Shown: in pieces, positions 49,352-58,033 of the stretch
How the letters are laid out: the number at the start of each line of letters is the position of its first letter
How positions within the stretch are numbered: position 1 is the first letter of the stretch
DNA from: Desulfobacterales bacterium
GTDB lineage: Bacteria > Desulfobacterota > Desulfobacteria > Desulfobacterales > UBA5852
Assembly: GCA_963674755.2 (NCBI GenBank)
Contig: CAXXVS010000003.1
Coordinates: forward strand, 928,001-992,000
Direction: 5' to 3'
Length of the DNA stretch: 64,000 bases
Notes under the pieces: generated by a model
Told to the model about the DNA's origin: nothing
Databases searched by the model: none
What the model saw: only the letters and a program-made list of their open reading frames with translations
Program-made: the position numbers and the translations under genes

Positions 49352-49846
49352 ATGCCAGATGTGATTAAAAAAGTGGTTTTTCTGCTGAGCGCGGCTATTG
49401 GCCTGGCCTTGCTGGTCAACGGCCTCTCCCCCCACGGCATTCCCCTGATGGGACAATGGGACACCCGGCAGGGAGTCGTCACGGCCGATGCCGCGGCGGC
49501 CGCCCTGTGGATGGATTTTGAAATCCCCGATCCGGCCGCGGCCAAGCAAATCTTGGATGCGGGCGATGCGCTTTTTGTGGATGTCCGCAGTCGGGAAATG
49601 TACCTGGAAGGCCATATCCCCGGTGCGGTATCCTTACCCCTGGAAGAATTCGATGACCGAGTGGAGGCCTTTGCCCGGGAAGTGTCCCCTGAGCGCCCCA
49701 TTGTAACCTATTGTTCAGGACGCCTTTGCCAGGACAGCCACACGGTGGCCATGCTCCTCATGGAGCGCGGATATGAAAACGTGGTGGTGTTTATCGACGG
49801 CTACCCGGGATGGACGGATAATGGATACCCTGTCGCCAGGCAATAG
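49352..49846 (+). CDS. Membrane-anchored rhodanese domain protein
   Basis: N-terminal TM; VDVRS, GHIPGA, YCSGRLC, DGYPGW. Confidence 0.88.
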   Translation: MPDVIKKVVFLLSAAIGLALLVNGLSPHGIPLMGQWDTRQGVVTADAAAAALWMDFEIPDPAAAKQILDAGDALFVDVRSREMYLEGHIPGAVSLPLEEFDDRVEAFAREVSPERPIVTYCSGRLCQDSHTVAMLLMERGYENVVVFIDGYPGWTDNGYPVARQ

Positions 49847-50300
49847 CGCGAACTGGCACGCCAACGGGTGGCTGGACCTCGGCCTGCGCTGGCTGTTAGG
49901 CGGACTTTTCGTGATGGCCAGTGCCCATAAAATCATGGATCCGGCCGCTTTCGCCAAAATTGTCTACGGCTATGATCTCTTCCCGCTGGCGGCCATCAAC
50001 CTCATCGCCATTATCGTGCCCTTTATCGAATTGACCGCCGGGCTGGCATTGTTGAGCGGGGTCTATCCGCGTGCCGCGGCCGTTATGCTTTGCGGACTGC
50101 TGCTGACCTTTATCATGGTTATCGGGATCAATGCCCTGCGGGGGCATGTTTTCGACTGCGGCTGTTTCGCCACCAGCGAAGCGGCCCTGTGGCAGAATCA
50201 TCCCGGGTTGATGCTGGGGCGCAATGCCGCGTTGCTCCTGATCGGATGGCGTGTCGCGGTTTTCCGGGGACGCCGCAGACTTCTGGTCTGCGCCGGCTGA
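49821..50300 (+). CDS. MauE/DoxX family membrane protein
   Basis: RWLLGGLF..K..DP, PFIEL, DCGCF motif. Confidence 0.88.
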   Translation: MDTLSPGNSANWHANGWLDLGLRWLLGGLFVMASAHKIMDPAAFAKIVYGYDLFPLAAINLIAIIVPFIELTAGLALLSGVYPRAAAVMLCGLLLTFIMVIGINALRGHVFDCGCFATSEAALWQNHPGLMLGRNAALLLIGWRVAVFRGRRRLLVCAG

Positions 50301-50407
50301 TCCATATCGCCGTGTATCGTCTATGACCGGATAAGGTGTCTTACCACCCCGATACAACCACACCCGCCCCACGCGTTTTTACCTGACAGAGTTCTCCGCA
50401 GGCCCTG

Positions 50408-50608
50408 CTACTTCCGTAAGAGCCACAAAATGAGGGATACCACCAGGCTGACCAGGATCATCGTGGTGACAGGGATGTAGATCTTCAGTTGCGGCCGATT
50501 GATGATAATGTCGCCGGGCAGGCGCCCCAGCGGCAATTTTCCCAGCCAGGGCCAGAGCAGGCCCACCGCCAACACCGCGATTCCCACAGTGATCAATATT
50601 TTCTGCAT
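50408..50608 (-). CDS. DUF2905 small membrane protein
   Basis: LGRLPGDI, YIPVTTM; GGAGG RBS. Confidence 0.85.
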   Translation of the reverse strand: MQKILITVGIAVLAVGLLWPWLGKLPLGRLPGDIIINRPQLKIYIPVTTMILVSLVVSLILWLLRK

Positions 50609-50648
50609 GAGGCCGCCTCCATGAGGGTTCGGACACCGGCCGATGCTA

Positions 50649-51554
50649 TCAGAAGATATCCAGGGACGCCAACGTGATTTTGCGTGTCAGGGAAAAGGCG
50701 ATGTTTTCGTAATAGTAGGCGGCTTCGTTGATAAAGACCGGGTAGCGGACCTCGGAACCCTCGTAATGCCAGATGTGGCCGGCCAGATTCTCGAAAATGG
50801 GCTGGCCGGGATGCAGCGGCTGGTAGTCGCGGCCTTCCAGGTCGCGATGGATGAAGGCCGGCGGCCCATCGGGGACGGTTTCCGGAAAGGCCATGTGCCG
50901 GTCATGCCGATAGAGCGTGGCCTGGGGGTCCGGCGGCGCAAGCGCGCCCCGGTTGAAGCGTTCGAGGGTGGCCAGCACACGCGCCACGGCGGCGCGGGTC
51001 GTGTCCAGGATGTCGTGGCGCAGAACCCCCTGGGGAATCGGGCCGATTTCAATGCCCAGCCCCCCTGGGGCGGCAGCCCGCAGGCACGAATTGATGCGGT
51101 CGCTGTCGGCGAAGCTATAGACCCGGGCCCCCTCCAGGTCCTTTTGAACCGCGAGCGCAATGGCCAGATTGGCGGGCGCGCTGTCGGTGATGAGGGTCGT
51201 TCCCATGCAGGCCGTGGAGGTGTGCAGGTCGATGGCAAAGGTCCGCCGACCGTCCTGTCCGGCAGCTATCCAGGCCGAGATTTCCCGGGCGCGTTTGATT
51301 TCGTAAGCGTTGGCCGCGGAGTCCTCGAGGTGGTGGGGAAGAAAACTGCGGTTCAGGTCGCAGTCGACGAAGCGGATGTTGCGTCGAATGGCTTCCGTGT
51401 TGCTCAGCAGGGTCCGGGTGGCAAAGGTTTCCCCCTGGATTTCAGCAGGATTTTTTTGCCAGTGCTGTACGAGCGCGACACCGGTGCGTTCGTTGCCATG
51501 GGTGCCGCCGGCAATCACGACATCATCGAATGGGGTAGGCGAAGAATCGGTCAT
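50649..51554 (-). CDS. Aspartoacylase (AstE/AspA family, ASPA-like)
   Basis: GGTHGNE, DLNRSF, DLHT, IEIGP, FINEAAY. Confidence 0.9.
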   Translation of the reverse strand: MTDSSPTPFDDVVIAGGTHGNERTGVALVQHWQKNPAEIQGETFATRTLLSNTEAIRRNIRFVDCDLNRSFLPHHLEDSAANAYEIKRAREISAWIAAGQDGRRTFAIDLHTSTACMGTTLITDSAPANLAIALAVQKDLEGARVYSFADSDRINSCLRAAAPGGLGIEIGPIPQGVLRHDILDTTRAAVARVLATLERFNRGALAPPDPQATLYRHDRHMAFPETVPDGPPAFIHRDLEGRDYQPLHPGQPIFENLAGHIWHYEGSEVRYPVFINEAAYYYENIAFSLTRKITLASLDIF

Positions 51555-51603
51555 CGTCACTCTGCGCAATAGCGGTTAGGGTTGCAGAACGTCCTGGAAA
51601 GGC

Positions 51604-51630
51604 GGCACCCGCGGACGGACCGCGGGTGCC
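51604..51630. terminator. 11-bp perfect hairpin after the binding-protein gene
   Basis: GGCACCCGCGG / CCGCGGGTGCC; only a short T run on the minus strand. Confidence 0.5.
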
Positions 51631-51651
51631 CAAGGGATTGAAGCGCAAACG

Positions 51652-52806
51652 TCAGGGGGTAATCAGGGCCATATCCGTAACCACCCCGAAATGGCGGAAA
51701 CGGCCGTCCTTGACGATCTGGACCTGGACGTCCTTGACCACTTCCCCGACCTCGGTGAAGCCTTTGATGACGCCCGTGAGGCCGTTATAGTCCTTCGTGG
51801 CGGCAATGGCCTGCTGGACGGCCGGGCCCTCGGTGGAACCGGCCCGCCGGATGCCATCGCAGATGATCATGAAGGCGTCATAGGCGGAGGCGCCCACCAT
51901 GTCGGGCTGGATCTTGTAGCGGTCTTCATACGTCTTCAGGAAGTTTTGCACCACCGGGCGCGGATCATCCCGGTCCAGGTTGGTGACAATGACGAAGCCC
52001 TCGGCGTCCGGTCCGGCGATTTCCAGGAATTTAGGGGAGTCGGCGCCCTCTTCCCCCAGGACTTGGACGTTCAGGCCCATTTCCCGGGCCTGCTTGACCA
52101 CGGGGCCGGTCTGGAAGTAGTACCCGCTGGCAAAGAGCAAATCGGGATTGGCTTCCTTGATCTTGGCGAGATAGGGTTTGAAGTCTTTTTCAGAAAAAGG
52201 ATAGGTCTGCTCGAAGACGATCTGGGCGCCCTGGGCCTGGTTGGCCAGGTAGTCCTTGAACCCCTCGGCCAGGGTGCGGCCGAAGTCGTTGTCGCTGGTG
52301 AGCAGGGCGATGCGTTTGGCCTTCAGAAGCTGCACCGAAACATAGCCCGCGCATTTGCCCTCCACCGTACCCAGGAAGCCGTTGCGGAAGCAGTACTTGC
52401 CGGCCAGGGTGATGTCCGGATGGACGGCATAGGCCGCCACAAAGGGGATCTCCTCGTCTTCGAAGATCGGGGCCACGGCCCGGCTGGGGGTGCTGTAGGA
52501 GCCCCCCACCACACCGACCACCTGGTCCTGCTGAATCAGTTTGCGGGCCAGGGCCACGGCATCCTTGCCGTCGGCGCGATCGTCATAGTAGACCAGTTCC
52601 ACCTGGCGGCCCAGCAGACCGCCCTCCTGGTTGACCCGCTCCACGGCCAGTTTTACCGAATTGAGGGCGCTCAACCCGTCGGCGGCGGCAAAGCCGGTCA
52701 GAGGGGCCAGCATACCGATTTTGACGGTGTCCGCCGCGCCGGCCCCGCCGGGCATCACCAGCAGGCCGATCAGCAATAGAAGTAAAACTCTGTAGATCGA
52801 TTTCAT
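51652..52806 (-). CDS. livK: Branched-chain amino acid-type (HAAT) ABC substrate-binding protein
   Basis: Signal peptide; KIGMLAPLTG, GGLLGRQVELVYYDD, AYDAF. Confidence 0.9.
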   Translation of the reverse strand: MKSIYRVLLLLLIGLLVMPGGAGAADTVKIGMLAPLTGFAAADGLSALNSVKLAVERVNQEGGLLGRQVELVYYDDRADGKDAVALARKLIQQDQVVGVVGGSYSTPSRAVAPIFEDEEIPFVAAYAVHPDITLAGKYCFRNGFLGTVEGKCAGYVSVQLLKAKRIALLTSDNDFGRTLAEGFKDYLANQAQGAQIVFEQTYPFSEKDFKPYLAKIKEANPDLLFASGYYFQTGPVVKQAREMGLNVQVLGEEGADSPKFLEIAGPDAEGFVIVTNLDRDDPRPVVQNFLKTYEDRYKIQPDMVGASAYDAFMIICDGIRRAGSTEGPAVQQAIAATKDYNGLTGVIKGFTEVGEVVKDVQVQIVKDGRFRHFGVVTDMALITP

Positions 52807-52899
52807 AACAACCTCCTTGTCATTAGGTCAGCGTCAATCGCCACTACATGCTAATGATGGCGCACACGGCCGGCATGGGCCGGCCGGGTTTTCCTTCTT

Positions 52900-53610
52900 T
52901 CAATGGCCCAGGTAGACGGCTTTCACCCGGGGGTCTTCCATCAGTTCCGCCGCCGGGCCGGAATAGGCGCAGGTGCCGGTTTCCAGGACGTAAGCCCGGC
53001 CGGAAATGGCCAGGGACGCCACGGCATTCTGTTCCACCAGTAAAATGGTGAGCCCCTGCTCCCGGTTGAGGCGGGCCAGCAGGTCGAAGACCTGATCCAC
53101 CAGCTTGGGCATCAGGCCCATGGAGACCTCGTCCACGACCAGCAGCTTGGGATCCGAGATCAGGGCCCGGGCAATGGCCATCTGCTGCTGTTCGCCGCCC
53201 GAAAGGGTGGCCGCCGGCTGCCGGTGGCGCTCCTTCAGAATGGGAAACAGGTCATAGAGCCATTCCAGCCGTTCGGCCAGCGGGATCTTGCGCTTGAGGC
53301 CGTAAACCCCGGTCATCAGATTTTCATAAACGGAAAGGCGCGGAAACACGCGGGCCCGCTCCGGCACCATGCGGATGCCGGCTCGCGCCCGGCGGTAGGC
53401 CGGCAGGGCTGTCAGCTCTTCACCCTGAAAGCGCAGGCTTCCCCGGCGCAGGGGGACGAGCCCCATGACGCCGTTGAGAATCGATGTCTTGCCGGCGCCG
53501 TTGGCGCCGATGATGGACACCAGCTCGCCCTCGTCGAGGTAAAAGTCGACCCCGTTGACCGCCCGTATATCGCCGTAGGCGACATGCAGATCGGTGGCTT
53601 CAAGCAGCAT
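52900..53610 (-). CDS. livF: HAAT ABC ATP-binding protein
   Basis: GANGAGKT, LSGGEQQ, VDE, VEQN. Confidence 0.93.
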   Translation of the reverse strand: MLLEATDLHVAYGDIRAVNGVDFYLDEGELVSIIGANGAGKTSILNGVMGLVPLRRGSLRFQGEELTALPAYRRARAGIRMVPERARVFPRLSVYENLMTGVYGLKRKIPLAERLEWLYDLFPILKERHRQPAATLSGGEQQQMAIARALISDPKLLVVDEVSMGLMPKLVDQVFDLLARLNREQGLTILLVEQNAVASLAISGRAYVLETGTCAYSGPAAELMEDPRVKAVYLGH

Positions 53611-54367
53611 GGCGGCCTCCCCCCCGGCCGAGATAGGCTTCGATGACCTGCTCGTTTTCCTGGATCGCGCGGGGCTCGCCCTGGGCGATTTTGCGACCGT
53701 GGTCGAGGACCACGATGCGATCGCATAATTCCATGGTGACGCGCATGTTATGCTCGATCAACAGGACCGTGATGCCGTCCTCCCGAATGTGGCGGATCAA
53801 GGCTTCCAGCTGGGCAATCTCCTCATGGCGCAGGCCGGAGAAGGACTCGTCTAGCAGGATCAATTGATGCCCCACCACCAGGGCCCGGGCGATTTCCAGC
53901 CGTCGCAAATTCCCCAGGGGCAGAAGTCCGGCCTTGCGGTGGGCCAGGTCCGCCAGGCCGACGCGCTCCAGCATTGCCATTCCGGCCGTGACTTCCGAGC
54001 GCGCTTTCCAGGGGGACCAGAGCCGCCCGAAACGTCCGTAGCGGGTGATACCGCGGGCCACCAGAACATTTTCGAGCACGGTCAGGGATGCAAAGGGCTT
54101 GACGATCTGGAAGGTGCGGCCGATGCCCCGGCGGGCGACCAGGTGGGACGGCAGCCCATCGATACGCCGGCCGTTGAAATGAATTTCCCCGGCGGTGGGG
54201 CGGTAAACCCCGGAAATCAAATTGAAGCAGACGGTTTTCCCAGCCCCGTTAGGCCCGAGCAGTCCCAGGATTTCACCGGTGTTAATCTCCAGATTCACCT
54301 GGTCGACGGCCTTGAGGCCGCCGAAATGTTTGGAGAGGTCGCGGGTTTGTAACAAGATCTCGGTCAT
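53600..54367 (-). CDS. livG: HAAT ABC ATP-binding protein
   Basis: Start ATG 54367; HFGGLKAV, GPNGAGKT, RTFQ, IEHN, AYLG. Confidence 0.92.
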   Translation of the reverse strand: MTEILLQTRDLSKHFGGLKAVDQVNLEINTGEILGLLGPNGAGKTVCFNLISGVYRPTAGEIHFNGRRIDGLPSHLVARRGIGRTFQIVKPFASLTVLENVLVARGITRYGRFGRLWSPWKARSEVTAGMAMLERVGLADLAHRKAGLLPLGNLRRLEIARALVVGHQLILLDESFSGLRHEEIAQLEALIRHIREDGITVLLIEHNMRVTMELCDRIVVLDHGRKIAQGEPRAIQENEQVIEAYLGRGGGRHAA

Positions 54368-55248
54368 ACCCGTTCTCCCGCCGGTTTCAGGACCAGCCAT
54401 TTGCGTAGCAAGCTGCCCTCCCCCAATAGGCCGCCGGGCTGGAAGCGGATCATAACGAGTAAAAGCGCCGTGTAAAAGAGAATCCGGTAGTCCACCAGAG
54501 GGCGAAAAAGCTCCGGCAGAATGCCTAACAGGACGGCGCCCAGCAGAGGCCCCCAAAGGGTGCCCATGCCCCCCAGGACGATCATGGACAGAAAAGTGAT
54601 GGACATGGGGAAAGAGAAATCCGTGGCGCTGATAAAGCGCATATAATGGGCGTAGAGGGCGCCCCCCAGTCCGGCCATCATGGTGCCGATGACGAAGGCC
54701 AGGAGTTTGAAACGCACCGGCGAGATGCCCATGCTGGCCGCAGCAGACTCGTCTTCCCGCAGGGCGAAGCAGGCCACGCCGCTCCAGCTGCGGGTAAACC
54801 ACCAGCAAATGACCATTACGATGGCCAGGAAAGACAGGCACAGCAGGAAAAAGGCCAGCCCCTTCAATTTGATGCCGAAAAGGACCACCCGCGGGATGCC
54901 GCCGATGCCCAGCGCGCCGCCGAAAAAGGGGATATAGAGAAAGAGGGCCTCGACGATGAAGTTGATGCCGATAGTAGTAATGGCCAGGAAGTCTTCCTTC
55001 AGGCGCAGGCTGGGCAGTCCCAGCAGCATGCCGATCAGGCCGCTCAGAACAATGACGATGGGCAGGGCCTGCCAGAAGGACAGCCCGGCCTTGGTGGAGA
55101 GCAGCGCCGATGCATAGGCGCCGATTCCGAAGAAGGCGGCATGGCCCAGAGAGATCTGGCCCGCATAGCCTACGATGACATTGAGGCCGTAGACGGTGAT
55201 GGCATAGATGACGATCAACGTCCCGATGGTAATCAGATAGGCATTCAC
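54364..55248 (-). CDS. livM: HAAT ABC permease
   Basis: GYAGQISLGHAAF, ALREDE, LGGMGT. Confidence 0.92.
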   Translation of the reverse strand: MNAYLITIGTLIVIYAITVYGLNVIVGYAGQISLGHAAFFGIGAYASALLSTKAGLSFWQALPIVIVLSGLIGMLLGLPSLRLKEDFLAITTIGINFIVEALFLYIPFFGGALGIGGIPRVVLFGIKLKGLAFFLLCLSFLAIVMVICWWFTRSWSGVACFALREDESAAASMGISPVRFKLLAFVIGTMMAGLGGALYAHYMRFISATDFSFPMSITFLSMIVLGGMGTLWGPLLGAVLLGILPELFRPLVDYRILFYTALLLVMIRFQPGGLLGEGSLLRKWLVLKPAGERV

Positions 55249-55266
55249 CTTAAAAATCCCTCCCGA

Positions 55267-56130
55267 TCATTTCGACCCCATCAGCCCTTCGGAGCGCCAC
55301 AGGAGAACCGCGATCATGGCGATAAAGGCCAATGCGTCCCGTGGCAGCGGGATTTGGGCATAACCGATCAAAAGCGTCTCCGCCACCCCGAGCAGCAGGG
55401 AGGCGATCACCGCCCCCGGTATGGAGCCCATGCCCCCCACCACGATCAAGGCCAGGGTTTTATAAGCCGGCACTGCCCCCATGGTGGGGTAGACCTGGTT
55501 GTAGTAGATGCCCACCAGAATGCCGGCGATGGCGGCGATGGAAGAGCCGATCACAAAGGTGATGCTGACGATGGCGTGGCTGTTGATGCCCATGGCGTCG
55601 GCGATGGGGATGTCCTGGGAGGTGGCCCGCATGGCCAGTCCCAGCTCGGTCCGGGTGGAAATGAACCAGAGCAGCGCCAGAACGCCGATGGTGATGACGT
55701 AGACCGCCGTGAGCGTCGAGGAGATCGTCACGCCCCCGATCTGAAATTCAGGAAAGGGCAGACGGGCCGGAAAGGTCAGGATGTAGGGACCGGCCACCAG
55801 ACGGCAGATTTCCTCGATGGAGAGCATGATGGCGATGCTGCCGATCAGCGGTACGTAGGGCGGATATTTCAACAGGGGGTAGTAGACCAGCCGCTCGATG
55901 GCCACCCCCAGGACGGAGCAGAACACCATGCCGCCCAGAAAGCCCGCCAGCAGGCTGCCGGTCTGGCTGTAGCAGAAGAGTCCCACGTAGGCGCCCACCG
56001 TGTAGACGGCGGCATGGGCCACGTGCAGAATCCGCAGAATGCCGTAGACCAGGGCGAGGCCCAGGGTGATCAGGGCGTAGATGGAGCCCATGGCGATACC
56101 GTTCAGAAGCTGTTCAATAAAAAGCTGCAT
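55267..56130 (-). CDS. livH: HAAT ABC permease
   Basis: NGIAMGSIYAL, GLAMRA, VGGMGSIPG. Confidence 0.92.
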   Translation of the reverse strand: MQLFIEQLLNGIAMGSIYALITLGLALVYGILRILHVAHAAVYTVGAYVGLFCYSQTGSLLAGFLGGMVFCSVLGVAIERLVYYPLLKYPPYVPLIGSIAIMLSIEEICRLVAGPYILTFPARLPFPEFQIGGVTISSTLTAVYVITIGVLALLWFISTRTELGLAMRATSQDIPIADAMGINSHAIVSITFVIGSSIAAIAGILVGIYYNQVYPTMGAVPAYKTLALIVVGGMGSIPGAVIASLLLGVAETLLIGYAQIPLPRDALAFIAMIAVLLWRSEGLMGSK

Positions 56131-56148
56131 CGATTTTCGGCATAGGGT

Positions 56149-56766
56149 TTAGAGGTTGATGTCGGTCTTGATGGCGGCTTCCAGCTCGGCGGCCCGGTCT
56201 TCCAGTTCAGTGGCCCTTTCCGTCATCCGGGTTCGGAAATCTTCGTTCCGTATGCTTTGCAGGTTGATGCGGACATTATAGACCGCGCCCTGCAATGCGG
56301 CCCGGGCGAATAGGGCGCCCACGGCCCCGTCCGAGAGGGCGTTGGGATTGCCCTGGCGGATCGCCGTGTGGGCCAGGGTCATGGCCTCCAGGGCCATTTC
56401 AGCCACGGACAATGGTACCCGGGCGGCTTCACAGATGGCTTCTTGGATGGCTTCGTCCCGGAGCGATTTTTCCCGGCCACTTGTTTGAGGCAGTTTCCGG
56501 GCGGCCATGACCCCGGTGTAAGCGCCGGCATCACGGTCCATGGCAGCCAAAAGGTCCTTGCGCAACCGCTGCGCCGAGGCGTTCAGCGCTTGCATGGCAG
56601 GCTCGGCATCAATGTAGCGTGGGCGCCCGATCGTGAGGCCCGCCACCATTTGGGCCAGGGCCGCCCCCATGGCCGCCGCCAGGGCCGAAAGGCTGCCTCC
56701 TCCGGGCACCGGCGTGCCGGCCGCGGTTTGTTCCAGCAGTTCCGTCAGGGTCAGTTCAGGCAGCAT
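56149..56766 (-). CDS. Stand-alone formiminotetrahydrofolate cyclodeaminase/cyclohydrolase (FTCD_C domain)
   Basis: PVPGGGS, MVAGLT, DRDAGAY, GNPNALSDG, NVRINL. Confidence 0.88.
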   Translation of the reverse strand: MLPELTLTELLEQTAAGTPVPGGGSLSALAAAMGAALAQMVAGLTIGRPRYIDAEPAMQALNASAQRLRKDLLAAMDRDAGAYTGVMAARKLPQTSGREKSLRDEAIQEAICEAARVPLSVAEMALEAMTLAHTAIRQGNPNALSDGAVGALFARAALQGAVYNVRINLQSIRNEDFRTRMTERATELEDRAAELEAAIKTDINL

Positions 56767-58033
56767 CTATTCGTCCTCCCCGGGTTTTGTCGAATACCAG
56801 GCGCCCGCGTTTGATGACTTTTTCCACCGTATTGACCCCGATATGGTAGGGCATGAAGCGGTGGGAGGGGTACTCCAGAATAACGACATCGCCCTGTTTG
56901 CCGGGTTCCAGGCTGCCGACTCGGTCCGCCCGGTCCACGGCCGCAGCCCCGTTCAGGGTAATGGCCGTAAGGGCCTCCTCCGGGGTCATGCCCATGTAAA
57001 GGGTGGCCAGGGCCACCAGCAGCGGGATGCTGTTGGTAAAGCAGCTGCCCGGATTGAGATCGGTGGCCAGGGCCACGGCGCAGCCCCGGTCGATCATGGT
57101 GCGGGCCCGGGCGTAAGGCTCTTTCAAGCTGAAGGCCGTCATGGGCAGGAGGGTGGCCACCACCCCATTATCCGCCATGCCCTGGATGCCGGCATCGGAG
57201 GCGTGCAGCAGGTGATCGGCGGAGACCGCCCCCAGTTCCACGGCCAGTTCGGCGCCCCCCAGGGGGACGATTTCATCGGCGTGCAGGGTCAGTTTGAGGC
57301 CCATTTCCCTGGCCAGGGTCAGCAGGCGGCGGGATTGGTCCACGGAAAAGACCTGATCTTCGCAGAAGATATCGCAGAATTCCGCCAGACCGCCTTCGGC
57401 CACGGCCGGCAGGACGTCGGTCATGACGAAACCAAGGTAGGCTTCCGCGCCGCCGGTGTAATCTTTGGGGACGGCGTGGGCTCCCAGAAAAGTGGAGACG
57501 ATATCCAGGGGATGCTCCCGTTCCAGCAAGGCCATGGCCTCCAACTGCCGCAGCTCGGTGTCGCAGTCGAGACCGTAGCCGCTTTTCCCTTCCACGGTGG
57601 TCACCCCGAAGCTCAGCATGCTGTCAAGCCGCCGTCGGCCGTCCCGGACCAGGGTCTCCAGGTCGGCCTGGCGGGTGGCGTCCATCGTGCTGACGATGCC
57701 CCCGCCCCGGGCCATGATCTCCATGTAGCTCATCCCCTGCAGACGCCAGGCGAATTCGTCGGCCCGGTAGCCCCCGAAAATGAAATGGGTGTGGGAGTCC
57801 ACGAAGCCCGGCAGCACGGCCCGACCGGAAGCGTCGATGACGGTGAAGGCCTGGGAGTCGACCGTCGCCAGTATATCGTCGGTTTTTCCCACAGCGCTGA
57901 TGATGCCCTTTTCGATGCAGACCGCGCCGTCGGGCACGATGTGCAGCTCGTTCATGGCCTGGCCGCAGCGGGCTTGATCGCCCTGGCTGGTGGCAAGCTC
58001 GGCGGCGTGGATCACGATCAGATTGCCGTTCAT
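56756..58033 (-). CDS. hutI: Imidazolonepropionase
   Basis: DSHTH, EGKSGYGL, HADE, SADHL, ATDLNPG. Confidence 0.96.
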   Translation of the reverse strand: MNGNLIVIHAAELATSQGDQARCGQAMNELHIVPDGAVCIEKGIISAVGKTDDILATVDSQAFTVIDASGRAVLPGFVDSHTHFIFGGYRADEFAWRLQGMSYMEIMARGGGIVSTMDATRQADLETLVRDGRRRLDSMLSFGVTTVEGKSGYGLDCDTELRQLEAMALLEREHPLDIVSTFLGAHAVPKDYTGGAEAYLGFVMTDVLPAVAEGGLAEFCDIFCEDQVFSVDQSRRLLTLAREMGLKLTLHADEIVPLGGAELAVELGAVSADHLLHASDAGIQGMADNGVVATLLPMTAFSLKEPYARARTMIDRGCAVALATDLNPGSCFTNSIPLLVALATLYMGMTPEEALTAITLNGAAAVDRADRVGSLEPGKQGDVVILEYPSHRFMPYHIGVNTVEKVIKRGRLVFDKTRGGRIDAA

